A DNA stretch of 64,000 bases from an uncultured Phycisphaerales bacterium (GTDB taxonomy: Bacteria > Planctomycetota > Phycisphaerae > Phycisphaerales > SM1A02), in contig CAJQQE010000016.1 of assembly GCA_905480395.1 (NCBI GenBank), forward strand, positions 58-64,057, read 5' to 3'. The notes beneath the pieces are model-generated. The model worked only from the letters and a program-made list of their open reading frames with translations, ran no database searches and was not told the DNA's origin. A program made the position numbers and the translations under genes. Position 1 is the stretch's first letter; each line of letters opens with the position of its first letter. Positions 20,090 through 29,874 of this stretch are shown one piece after another.

Positions 20090-20117
20090 AAAACCCTTCC
20101 TTGAACGCAGACCGAAA

Positions 20118-20276
20118 TCAGAAACTCAGGCCAAGCTCGTCACTTGCGTGATGGAGAAAAAGAAGGGTCGCACAGGAGAGAGAGACAAAGAAGAAGATCA
20201 ATGTCATTTTCGGCTTTGCCCGCCGCATCGTAAGTAATGTGGCCAAGATGAAGATAAAGATCAATGCTGCGATCAT
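20118..20276 (-). CDS. 52-aa two-helix membrane peptide
   Basis: Internal ATG at 20276 of ORF 20118..20438, preceded by gacAGGAGaagccATG. Product is MIAALIFIFILATLLTMRRAKPKMTLIFFFVSLSCATLLFLHHASDELGLSF. It sits between the M48 peptidase and the DsbB-like gene on the same strand. Confidence 0.45.
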   Translation of the reverse strand: MIAALIFIFILATLLTMRRAKPKMTLIFFFVSLSCATLLFLHHASDELGLSF

Positions 20277-20331
20277 GGCTTCTCCTGTCGAATCGGTGCG
20301 ATGTCTCGAAGAATCGAATGGTGTGCTTAGC

Positions 20332-22335
20332 TCAAGAAGATACCCGACCCGGAAGCACTGGTGGCATCGGACAATCGAGGGTCGATGCAAGGGCTCGTAA
20401 TAGTTCAACCTCGCCGATGGTTGCTTGGCCGTCCGCACAAATCACATCGACGGCCGCATCGAGCAGGATCGAGCGATCTTTCCAACGAAGCCGCTTCAGT
20501 CGATCCAATGCTTGGTCAAGCACTGAGACCGAGCAATCATTCCGCCCCGGAAGATCAATGTCGCCAAGATTGGTACGACGGGCGCCTGCCCGGAACGCAG
20601 CCAATGCCTGATTGTCGTCTCGGGCACCACTCCAGGCAATCATCGCCAGCACGATCCGCGCGGGCTCCGCAAGCAAGGTGATGGAACGATTCGTTTTGAG
20701 TCGACGCGTCGATTTCCCACCCATCAACCGATCGAAGTGAACCGAGAGAAGTCGACCAAGCAACCACTCGAACCGATCAATCCGCCCATCGGCACGTTGC
20801 ATGGCCGCCACCGCCTCCACAAACACCTTGGAATCGGATTCACCCATTCGGGCCAATGCGGGCATGGCAAGGTCGACGAGAACCAGTCGTAACTCGGGGT
20901 TTCCGGATACCAGTTGGGCGACCGCACTTCGAAGTCGTTGGATTTCCTGAAGCGTCGACGAATCCATGCTTCCAGAAAGTTCGGTGGCTTGCGCCTGGCG
21001 GACATCTTGATCTGAATCAACCAGAAGAAGAAGGCAAACCGCCTTAGCGCCGATCGTGTCGTGGACCGCGTTTCGAATCGAGTCTGGAAGCGAGGAGATC
21101 AGCACCCGTGCGTATGCCAGATGGTCGGCGTCGGCATCCCCAAGGTGCGAAAGGCTCTCTCGGACCTCGTCTGCTTTGCGAACCTGGCGGCTTGCGGATC
21201 CGGCGACGCCTGCCGCCGCAGCGCCTGCAAACCCCGCGGCCTGTCCGTGCATTCCTGTGGTATTCGAAACGGGTGGTGCCGCGGCGGATGTGGAATCTTC
21301 GATCTGCCGTTTGAGCTCATCTGAGGATCGATTTTCGATCCTCGCGATGCGCTCAACGAGCGGCGGATGGGTCGCGAATGACGTCGATAGGGCGGATGTG
21401 AAAAAGAAATGTTGAAACTCACTGGCCGCCGCTTGCTCAAGATTATTGGTTGGGATTCCACCGATCTGCCGGAGTGCCCCAGCAATCCCCGCGGGATTCC
21501 GTGTGTAATCAACCGCCGCGGCATCGGCCAGAAATTCTCGCTGCCGGCTCACCGCGGCCTGAATCAACCTCGCTGCCAACGTACCCACCGCGCCGATGGC
21601 CATCAGGAGAAGTCCGGCGACCATGACCCCGAGCCCGATCGCTGGACCAGAGTTGTTCTTACCACCACTCCGAGTATGCAGCAGTACAGGTCCGATGAAT
21701 CGAAAGGCGATGTAACCAATGAAGCCGATGGCCATGATGCCGAAAATCAGGCCGGTCAGCCTGATGTTTAGCTTCATATCTCCATGCACGATATGACTAA
21801 ATTCGTGCGCGATAACACCCTGTAATTGATCGCGCGAGAGTTGTTGGATGCAGCCCCTGGTCACACCAATCACCGCACTGTCAAAGCCGAATCCGGCCGC
21901 GAATGCGTTGATTGATGGATCTTCCATGACATACACCGGTGGGACCGGGCATCCAGAAGCGATCGACATTTCTTCGACGACGTTGAGGAGTTTTCGGAGA
22001 TCCGAATCCCGTTCATCTGGATGGACCAGTACCCCTCCGAGGGATTCGGCGACGGCCTTACCACCAGACGAGAGTTGCGCCATCTTGACCAGAGACCCGA
22101 TCAGAATGACCAAGATCGATCCACCACCAACCGCCAAGAGGAGTTCTGGAATCCACCATCCGAGTGGAATCTCCTGCTCTTGGGAAGAGAAGACCGCGAC
22201 CGAGGCCGCGACGAAGTAGATCGCTGTCACCGTTCCAAGGACGGCCAGGAGAAACAGAAAGATCAATCGACCAGTCTGGGATCTGGCTCGATCCTGATCA
22301 CCGATGAAGTCCATCACCATGAAGAATCGTTCCAA
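20332..22335 (-). CDS. M48-family (HtpX-like) zinc metallopeptidase with ~330-aa C-terminal extension
   Basis: HEFSHIVHGD (HExxH) flanked by TM helices, with REFLADAAAVDYT downstream. The C-terminal half carries two ADG-x5-E helical motifs (MQRADGRIDRFEWLL; ICADGQATIGEVELLRAL) reminiscent of TerB-like domains. Confidence 0.85.
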   Translation of the reverse strand: MERFFMVMDFIGDQDRARSQTGRLIFLFLLAVLGTVTAIYFVAASVAVFSSQEQEIPLGWWIPELLLAVGGGSILVILIGSLVKMAQLSSGGKAVAESLGGVLVHPDERDSDLRKLLNVVEEMSIASGCPVPPVYVMEDPSINAFAAGFGFDSAVIGVTRGCIQQLSRDQLQGVIAHEFSHIVHGDMKLNIRLTGLIFGIMAIGFIGYIAFRFIGPVLLHTRSGGKNNSGPAIGLGVMVAGLLLMAIGAVGTLAARLIQAAVSRQREFLADAAAVDYTRNPAGIAGALRQIGGIPTNNLEQAAASEFQHFFFTSALSTSFATHPPLVERIARIENRSSDELKRQIEDSTSAAAPPVSNTTGMHGQAAGFAGAAAAGVAGSASRQVRKADEVRESLSHLGDADADHLAYARVLISSLPDSIRNAVHDTIGAKAVCLLLLVDSDQDVRQAQATELSGSMDSSTLQEIQRLRSAVAQLVSGNPELRLVLVDLAMPALARMGESDSKVFVEAVAAMQRADGRIDRFEWLLGRLLSVHFDRLMGGKSTRRLKTNRSITLLAEPARIVLAMIAWSGARDDNQALAAFRAGARRTNLGDIDLPGRNDCSVSVLDQALDRLKRLRWKDRSILLDAAVDVICADGQATIGEVELLRALASTLDCPMPPVLPGRVSS

Positions 22336-22362
22336 GCCAGGGCTGGTGGATCTGAGATCGAA

Positions 22363-25134
22363 TCAGAAGTTGATCGTCACTCGGGAAGGATCGGCACCGG
22401 CTTCATCGAACAGGAGCAACTCGATCGGGCCCTCGCCGAGAAAAGCGTTGGCGGGGATCGGCAGTTCGATCGACGCAGTACCTCGGGTGGTCCGTCCACC
22501 CGGTTCACGGAGAGCGTACCCGCCAAGCTCAATTCCATTCACTTTGACACGTCCGCGAGTGACTCCTTCGAGTCGAAGTTGCCCTGAATGGACCTCTTTC
22601 CGACGTGCCACAGGGACCTTGAACTCCCCTCGAAGCCAACGAGGGGCTTCCACCGGGGCCGCCATCATGGGAACCCAGGCACCGATTCGGGGGTCCGGGG
22701 TCGTCTCCCAGCGACGAATCCGCCATGCCTCCGCAGAGACAATCTCCTCGACAACCTCGAACAGCTGGACCTCCATCTCAACCGCCTCATCGCTCACATG
22801 CTCCAGGGGCACGATCTGGAACTGATTACCGCCCGCCTTAAAGTTGTCGTCGACCTTCGAGGAGAACAACCGGCGATAGCCCGTCCGGCCGAAGACGTCG
22901 ATTGGGGTGCCATTGAGAATGATGACCCCTGCAGAACCTGCCGCGATCTCCAGTACCACTGGTGTCTTTCTTCGATGGGTGAACGCGAATTGCAGCCCGT
23001 CCTCGCAGGTCAGCTCTCCTTCGGCCGCACCTGGAATGTATGGCTGGAGAAGGAATGGATTCAGCGGATCCACACGGACCTTGCTCGACTCCACATCGGA
23101 CAATGGAGAAATGGCAACCAACGATCCTGGTCGATCACCGTCTCCAGGCGACCGGATGCCCTCCACGGTTCTCGGTGCGTGCCTGGCGAAAATCGCGATC
23201 TGGTGCTTTCCTTTGATCGACGGCATGGTGATTCGTGCTTCTGCAACATGATTCATCTTCCGACCATCGAGCCAAAAATCACCTGACCGGAGTCCACCGA
23301 GCAATCGGTATTCCTGATCGGCCGCCGTGACCTTGGAGAAGCTCGTATCCGCCGTGAACCACGCATGATCCAGACCAGCTCCGATCGCCGCGAGTCCGAG
23401 ATCGCCGTCGACCGGAATCGATCGAGGGTGATTTGGGTTCAGACAATCGGGCTCCTCCCAACTCCACCAATTCTTGATTCGACGGCTTCCCCGGCCTGTC
23501 GAATCCATGATCATTGGTTTGGATCTGGTTCCATCGAGCGCGATTTGAATCGGCAACATGCCGTCTCGGGGAACCACCGAGCCATCAGATCCAACTCGGC
23601 TCGCGCCGATGATGATCGACTCACCATCGTCAATCAGGGTGGCGGCCTGACGTTGATTCAGAACCACGATGGTGAACCCCGCATGTTCCTGGATCACCGG
23701 ACCGGAACCGTCTTGACGATCTCGAGGCGCCGAGGTGGTCAAGGGGCGTTCGTCGATCGAGAGTTCAACGGCCTCCCCCGACGGCGCCGAGACGACCAGC
23801 ATTCGGCCCGCAATCAGGGCGAGGGGCATGGCGGTCAGGTAGTCGAGGCGGCCGCGCCCCTGCAGATCCGCATCAAGCAGGGTCCACGTAAATTCTTGAT
23901 CTCCGAAGCGAACAGGAATGCGCCGTCCCGTCTGATCGATGACATGGGTTGACGCCGAATCACCTCGACGAAAGAAGAAAATCGCCGTGCCGGCGCCACC
24001 GGATCGGGGAACCGCAATCACGCCGTCAGAAGCATCGTCTGGATCCACCACAATCGGCTGGTCATCGGGGTCCAGATCGGCGAGGACGCCACCGAAATCG
24101 CGGGCAAAACGAAGGACCGGAGCGGCCTCCCGCCCAAGATCGGTTGGTTGGCCTGATCCATCGAGAAGCGGGGCGGCAAAGGCATTGGGTGCGATCGCCC
24201 CAAATTCATCACAACCGGCCGCCCCGGCTGGAAGAACTCCACCCACCGCATGAGCGATCATGGGTTGCGCACCGGCGGCCAAGACCCGAACCAGACGACC
24301 TGCAAGCTCGCCAGCAACCGGACCGATCGATTCCACACCTGGCCTTCGAAAGGCGTCCGCAGGTGATCGCTCAAGCAGGCAGAATCTCGGTTTTCCGGAT
24401 TGAAGCGTGCCGACCTGGCGTAGGTTCGAGAAGAGATGATCCCAGCCACTCCAGGTCTCGATCGCTCCTTCGGTTTCCTGCCAAAATCCATTGGCGGTGA
24501 GGATTGGGATTGTGATTCCGCACTCTCTCGCGTATCGAACGAGTTCGATGAGATATCCATCAGCCGAAGACTTGGAACCACAATTCCAACCGTGTTCGAC
24601 CTGAACGCCGACCAGCGGGCCACCCCCATCACGATCTGCTTGATGACGCTTGATCTCAGCCGTGATTCGACCGAACCAAGTAGACGCCAATTGAAGGAAT
24701 GCTGGGGTTCCAGTCCTCGACGCGACCTCTGGACGATCCCCGAGCCAAGTTGGAAGTCCACCTCCGTCGAACGGGGCGCCAATGACCGGGCCGAGTCTGA
24801 GAATCACTTTAAGACCTACCGATTGGGCTTCGGTGAGGAATTCCGAAGTGTTCAGATCACCCTCAAAATCAAAGTGACCAGCGATCGGTTCATGGAGGAA
24901 CCAAGGGCATGACGCGATGACGGTGTTGCAACCGAGTTGGGCGATGCCACGCAGTCGGTCGATCCGCTCGGCCCGGGGGAGCATCGAGTACTCACATCCC
25001 GCGCCGACGAGGGTGGTTCGCCGTCCGGCGATGAGTAGGCTTCGACCGTCAAAGGTAATTGGTGGCATAAGGGGGTGTTCGCACCAGACCGCAACAGGAG
25101 GCGGGACATTCCGTGAATGTTCTCCAATCGCCAT
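22363..25134 (-). CDS. glycoside hydrolase family 35-like protein (beta-galactosidase fold), large C-terminal beta-sandwich region
   Basis: ITFDGRSLLIAGRR...RIDRLRGIAQLGCNTVIASCPWFLHEPIAGHFDFEGDLNTSEFLTEAQSVGLKVILRLGPVIGAPFDGGGLPTWL parallels the GH35 N-terminal TIM barrel. IETWSGWDH resembles the nucleophile motif E(F/Y)WxGWFD. Start may be the internal MPPITFDG. Confidence 0.7.
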   Translation of the reverse strand: MAIGEHSRNVPPPVAVWCEHPLMPPITFDGRSLLIAGRRTTLVGAGCEYSMLPRAERIDRLRGIAQLGCNTVIASCPWFLHEPIAGHFDFEGDLNTSEFLTEAQSVGLKVILRLGPVIGAPFDGGGLPTWLGDRPEVASRTGTPAFLQLASTWFGRITAEIKRHQADRDGGGPLVGVQVEHGWNCGSKSSADGYLIELVRYARECGITIPILTANGFWQETEGAIETWSGWDHLFSNLRQVGTLQSGKPRFCLLERSPADAFRRPGVESIGPVAGELAGRLVRVLAAGAQPMIAHAVGGVLPAGAAGCDEFGAIAPNAFAAPLLDGSGQPTDLGREAAPVLRFARDFGGVLADLDPDDQPIVVDPDDASDGVIAVPRSGGAGTAIFFFRRGDSASTHVIDQTGRRIPVRFGDQEFTWTLLDADLQGRGRLDYLTAMPLALIAGRMLVVSAPSGEAVELSIDERPLTTSAPRDRQDGSGPVIQEHAGFTIVVLNQRQAATLIDDGESIIIGASRVGSDGSVVPRDGMLPIQIALDGTRSKPMIMDSTGRGSRRIKNWWSWEEPDCLNPNHPRSIPVDGDLGLAAIGAGLDHAWFTADTSFSKVTAADQEYRLLGGLRSGDFWLDGRKMNHVAEARITMPSIKGKHQIAIFARHAPRTVEGIRSPGDGDRPGSLVAISPLSDVESSKVRVDPLNPFLLQPYIPGAAEGELTCEDGLQFAFTHRRKTPVVLEIAAGSAGVIILNGTPIDVFGRTGYRRLFSSKVDDNFKAGGNQFQIVPLEHVSDEAVEMEVQLFEVVEEIVSAEAWRIRRWETTPDPRIGAWVPMMAAPVEAPRWLRGEFKVPVARRKEVHSGQLRLEGVTRGRVKVNGIELGGYALREPGGRTTRGTASIELPIPANAFLGEGPIELLLFDEAGADPSRVTINF

Positions 25135-25442
25135 GAGGCTGGTCCACTGGATACGCTTTCTAGGTCCCCGGGATCGGCGAATTCACAGCCTTTCCCATGG
25201 GAAAACCCAGCCCCTCTGATCTTAAATCTTGTTTTAGGCCCCATTAGGGCGGTTTATCACCCTGAAGGACGACCCTGATTCGGGGGATCCAGCAGGCTCC
25301 AGCCTGATGTTGATCATGGGAAGACCCTTCAGACGATTGAAACCAATCATCTCTGAGGGAAGAACCCGAGGTCCACTCACCGGTTTATTGATCCCGACCT
25401 GCCGCCGAAATCTGCTTCGACTCACGACACCGGAAATGACCA

Positions 25443-27173
25443 ATGTCCTCTCGCCTCCTTCTCTCCTGCAATGTGATCGCCAACGGGCTCCTGATCGGCC
25501 TCCTCGGATGCGGTGAGCAGATTCGCCAAGTCGACCTCCGAACGGATGATCTGGTGAAGGAACGTAATGCCGTCCTCGCCTCTGGAACTCGCCCCGCCCC
25601 GACCCTTTCCACTGATTCGTATCCGGAGGGTCATCCCTTTCCGAAGGACACTCCAGAGCTCAACGAACCATCAACGGTCGACCCAGCGGCGGATGAGCTG
25701 GCATTCACTGGCCGAACCGAAGCCGAGAGCGAAGCTGAGGCGATCATCGCGCGGATCCGGCGACTTGCCGATACCCCAGCCGATGCAGAACCTTTGACGC
25801 TGGACTATGCCATCGCCTTTGCCCAACAGAACGCCACCGAATACACCGGGGCGGAAGAAACCTACCTGCTTTCGGCCTTGTCGCTGATCGTGCAGGAGCA
25901 TCTCTTTGAACCACGGTTCTTCAACGAGACCAATATTGATGCCGGCGAAGGCATCGGTCGCTACGACGCAGCCCTCCGAGTCGCGAACGATTTTGGGGTC
26001 CGGCAGCGTCTGCCATACGGTGGTGAGGTCACCGCTCGATTCCTCGCTGGTTTGACCCGGAATATCGATGACGCGTCGACCGAGGGTGGGGTACAGAACG
26101 CGGGTTTCATCGTCGAAGGTCGACTCCCGCTCCTCCGAGGCGGCGGCATTGTCGCCAGAGAGAGCCTCATTCAAGCCCAGCGAAACCTCGTCTATGCCTC
26201 TCGATCCTTCGAGATCTTCCGACGGGATTTTTATGTCGCGATCGTCACCGACTATCTCGGACTCGTACTGCAACTTCAGGCGATTGCGAATGCGGAACGA
26301 GGCTTGGCGCTGAATCGGCAGATCGAGGAGCTCGAGACGGCGTTGGTCGAGACCGGACGATCACAACCCTTCCAAGCCGATGAAGCCCGAAAAGACACGC
26401 TCGATGCCGTTGATGACCTGGCGTCTCGTCAGGAGGCGTATCAACTTTCACTCGATCGGTTCAAGGTTCGGATTGGCATGGATCCCGAACAACCAATGCT
26501 GATCATCCCCACCGAGATCCAGATTCCAATTCCGGAAGTTGATCGAGATCAGGCGATCCACTACGCCATGGAATATCGACTCGATCTCCAGACCAATCGT
26601 GACCAGCTCGAGGACGCTCGGCGGCAGATTGATCTCGCCCAGAACGGACTGTTGCCAACCCTCGACCTCAAAGGTGATTTGCGGGTGGGTGGAAATGATG
26701 TGGTTAATGGTGTCGACTTCGGAGACACTCGAGCGAGTGGTGGAGTTTTCTTGAGTCTCCCGCTTGACCGGGTTGATGAGTCGGTCGCCCTCCGCCAAGC
26801 TCAAGTTCGGTTCGCTCAGGATGAACGCCTCTATGGTCGATCGCTTGACGACGCCGCGGTCTCGGTTCGTCAATCGATCCGAGACATCGACCGTGCCCAG
26901 TTCTCAATTCTGTTGCAGGAGCGAAGCGTGGAGATCGCGGAGAATCGGATCGCTTCCATCGACGCCGCGCCCGATCGTGCCACAGCGAGAGACCGAACGA
27001 CGGCCGTCGCCGGTCTGCGGACCGCGGAAGATCGGCGTGATACTTCCAAGCGTGACCTCCAGGTTGCGGTGTTGAAGTATCTCAACGCAGCGGGAATTCT
27101 CCGGCTCACCCCGGAAGGTCAAATCCAACCCCTACCAAACATGCCGGTTGGTGAAGTCATCGGGAAGCGTTGA
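25443..27173 (+). CDS. TolC/NodT-family outer-membrane efflux protein (lipoprotein)
   Basis: Lipobox LLGCG after a hydrophobic leader. Two tandem OEP-type repeats with long helical segments (LSALSLIVQEHLFEPRF...; AMEYRLDLQTNRDQLEDARRQIDLAQNGLLPTLDL). Confidence 0.85.
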   Translation: MSSRLLLSCNVIANGLLIGLLGCGEQIRQVDLRTDDLVKERNAVLASGTRPAPTLSTDSYPEGHPFPKDTPELNEPSTVDPAADELAFTGRTEAESEAEAIIARIRRLADTPADAEPLTLDYAIAFAQQNATEYTGAEETYLLSALSLIVQEHLFEPRFFNETNIDAGEGIGRYDAALRVANDFGVRQRLPYGGEVTARFLAGLTRNIDDASTEGGVQNAGFIVEGRLPLLRGGGIVARESLIQAQRNLVYASRSFEIFRRDFYVAIVTDYLGLVLQLQAIANAERGLALNRQIEELETALVETGRSQPFQADEARKDTLDAVDDLASRQEAYQLSLDRFKVRIGMDPEQPMLIIPTEIQIPIPEVDRDQAIHYAMEYRLDLQTNRDQLEDARRQIDLAQNGLLPTLDLKGDLRVGGNDVVNGVDFGDTRASGGVFLSLPLDRVDESVALRQAQVRFAQDERLYGRSLDDAAVSVRQSIRDIDRAQFSILLQERSVEIAENRIASIDAAPDRATARDRTTAVAGLRTAEDRRDTSKRDLQVAVLKYLNAAGILRLTPEGQIQPLPNMPVGEVIGKR

Positions 27174-27212
27174 TGTGCGAATCCGATTCGATCCGCCTCT
27201 AAGCGGATGAAT

Positions 27213-29789
27213 TCAATCCTCGAATTCTTTGAGTTCTTCGGGTGACCAAGGCTGCACTCGGCCTTTGGTCTTTTCGCGGACCTTGGCGACGAATTCTGGT
27301 TCGATCACATCCGCAGCGTTGTCCCACGCTTGGCGGATATAGCTCATCACGGCCGCAAGATCGATGTCGCTGGAATACGGCGCCGCGGGCATTGACTGGT
27401 TGTAGACGCGACCATCAACTTTGATCCGCCCTTGAAGACCGTGCAACAAGATTCGAGTTAATCGTTCTGGATCGCCCGTGACAAAGGGGCTCTCATCGAG
27501 TGGGGGATAGACCGGTGGAAGGCCACGGCCGGTTGCCTGATGACAAGTCATGCAGTGTCCATAGAGTCGCCGACCTCTTGCGACTAATCCGTCTGGCGAG
27601 GTATCGATTTTGGTCGTCGTCGTAGTTCCTGGTCGACCGACCCATCGTAAGGTGGTATCCACTGCACGAGCGGTCTTGATGATTCTTGGATCGCAATCCG
27701 CGGGATGTGAATTCAAGACCGCGTCCCAACCTGTAGGACTACCGAGCAGCATCATTGACTTTGCGTTCTTCGCACCAGGTCGCATCTTCGCCGACACTCG
27801 GTCGAGAATAAGCAGGCTGGTACCCGGCGCATCGTTCTTTCGATCCGCGGCCGTGGCGAGCAACATGGTGACCTCATCCGGGCGGCGTCGCTTCAAGACT
27901 GGATCAATGAGTTCGCGGATCACTTGGCGCTGGGCGGGACCATCCCCGCCCAGCCAACCACCATTCCGGGGATGGCCTTGGCTGCGCAGCATCGCGACCT
28001 CTCGACCAGCCAGTCCACTCATGACGGCATTTCGAATCGCGGAATCCTCGACCTGGTCGGCGAGAATCGCATCAAACAAGGGCATAGCCTCGCTGGAGGG
28101 AAGTTCGCCGATCGAAAGTACCGCTTGAATCCGCACCCGATCAACCTGGTCAAACGCAAGAGTGCCCAATGGTCCGGATCGAAGACGAGGAGGGAGCGAC
28201 TCAGAAACCCTCGCAACGTGTTCGCGAATCACTGGATCTGAGTCGACGACCAGCATTTCGATGAGCGATGAGTCAATCGAGTTGATGCCTTGTAGTGTCC
28301 AGAGCGCATGGAGGCGATGCTTCGTCGCCACGGTCTCATCCACCGTGATTTTTCGAAGCTGGTTGCTCACGTCCGACGCATTTCGTTCGACCAGTAGGCG
28401 TTGGGCGGTGTCTCGGAGTGCTCCATTTTGATTTGACGCCATCAGTTCAACCAGCTCGGCGTTTTCCATACCCGCGAGATGAGGTTGAGTATTTCCCGGT
28501 GCCGCGTCTTCATCAACGATTCGCCAAATTCGACCCATTCCAACCGGCGCCGCGAGACCACGCTCCTCGACCTGTTTTCGGAGCCATGACGTCATATAGA
28601 TTCGATGCTGAACGATTCCCCGTGCGAAATCGACAATGTACAAACCACCGTCCGGTCCAGTGAGAAGATTGACCGGCCGAAATCGCTCGTCGGTCGACGC
28701 GAGAAACTCCGACTGGTCATGAACCGGGGTTGCCTTTGGAACGCCATTTTGATCTTGAAGGTCGTATCGCTTGACGAGGTTCCCAGCGGTCTCACACACA
28801 AAGGCATCTCCATCTGCACCTTCGACCAAGGTTCCTCGAAAAATCTCTGGGCCGCACGCCGCCGTGAAGGTTCGAAGCGTGCCATCCTTCCGAAGGGTCG
28901 ATTTCTGATAACCGCGATTGACCCCAGGGTTGATTCGAATCGGCCAAGTAGAACGGTCGGTGGCTACCCGCCGTGGCACGCCAGAAATTCCACCCGCTTC
29001 AGGGTTGCGCGCGGAGTAGTGCTTGGGGAATGAATCCCCAATCAGTGGATCGGAATTCGGCGAGTAATAGAGACGGCCAAGATCATCTCGTGCGACCCCC
29101 CATTGGCCATGCCGTGGGACCATCCTGGTCTCAACCTCAAGGTGGCCATCGGGTTGCTGGTGAAATCGGAATGATTGATGGTGCTGTGAAGTCTCGTAGA
29201 AATTATCAATTCCATAACGAAGACCGTTACCCGCATGCTCTGGGTTCTCTAAACCAGCAAAGCCTGCGACTAAAACTTGAGTGTCATCGGCGCGACCATC
29301 CCCATTGGTGTCCCGGCAGTAGAGAAGGTTGGGGGGTTCGATCAACAACAGGCCATCAAACGCTGGTGCAATTCCTCGGGGAAGAACGAGATGGTCAAGG
29401 AAGACGTCAGCTCCGTCCATGATTCCATCGCCGTTCTGATCATGGAGCTTCAGTACCCGGCCGACTGGTTTCATCTCTCCAGTTCCATTGGCGTCGGGCA
29501 TGTACCCCCGCATCTCGACCACCCAAAGATCGCCATGGGCATCGAAGGCAATCTGGACCGGATCACCAATCAGTGGTTCACTGGCCACGAGATCGATCCG
29601 GTATCCCGGCTGGAGTTCAAAAGCCTCTTTCGATTCCTCGGGAGAGAGTGGGGGCGATGGTGGGAGGCGCCACTCTTCTGGGAGGTCCCGTTGAATTTCG
29701 CCGGCACGATCACCGTTCTGGGCAGTGGCGGTTGAGACACCTAGAACCAGAGTGGCGGTGAGCAGGATGGATGGTCGGATCAGAATCAT
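27213..29789 (-). CDS. PVC-type haem-binding CxxCH protein (membrane-bound-dehydrogenase-like beta-propeller + HEAT repeats + cytochrome c)
   Basis: Signal peptide. The segment LVASEPLIGDPVQIAFDAHGDLWVVEMRGYMPD is typical of the putative membrane-bound dehydrogenase domain. C-terminal CMTCHQATGRGLPPVYPPL. Confidence 0.85.
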   Translation of the reverse strand: MILIRPSILLTATLVLGVSTATAQNGDRAGEIQRDLPEEWRLPPSPPLSPEESKEAFELQPGYRIDLVASEPLIGDPVQIAFDAHGDLWVVEMRGYMPDANGTGEMKPVGRVLKLHDQNGDGIMDGADVFLDHLVLPRGIAPAFDGLLLIEPPNLLYCRDTNGDGRADDTQVLVAGFAGLENPEHAGNGLRYGIDNFYETSQHHQSFRFHQQPDGHLEVETRMVPRHGQWGVARDDLGRLYYSPNSDPLIGDSFPKHYSARNPEAGGISGVPRRVATDRSTWPIRINPGVNRGYQKSTLRKDGTLRTFTAACGPEIFRGTLVEGADGDAFVCETAGNLVKRYDLQDQNGVPKATPVHDQSEFLASTDERFRPVNLLTGPDGGLYIVDFARGIVQHRIYMTSWLRKQVEERGLAAPVGMGRIWRIVDEDAAPGNTQPHLAGMENAELVELMASNQNGALRDTAQRLLVERNASDVSNQLRKITVDETVATKHRLHALWTLQGINSIDSSLIEMLVVDSDPVIREHVARVSESLPPRLRSGPLGTLAFDQVDRVRIQAVLSIGELPSSEAMPLFDAILADQVEDSAIRNAVMSGLAGREVAMLRSQGHPRNGGWLGGDGPAQRQVIRELIDPVLKRRRPDEVTMLLATAADRKNDAPGTSLLILDRVSAKMRPGAKNAKSMMLLGSPTGWDAVLNSHPADCDPRIIKTARAVDTTLRWVGRPGTTTTTKIDTSPDGLVARGRRLYGHCMTCHQATGRGLPPVYPPLDESPFVTGDPERLTRILLHGLQGRIKVDGRVYNQSMPAAPYSSDIDLAAVMSYIRQAWDNAADVIEPEFVAKVREKTKGRVQPWSPEELKEFED

Positions 29790-29874
29790 GTCTCAAGTGT
29801 AGATCCGAGCGGCTCCGGATCGAACGGTTCATTTTCAGAATCCTCCATCTTCCTGACGGGTATGCTCCGGCACC

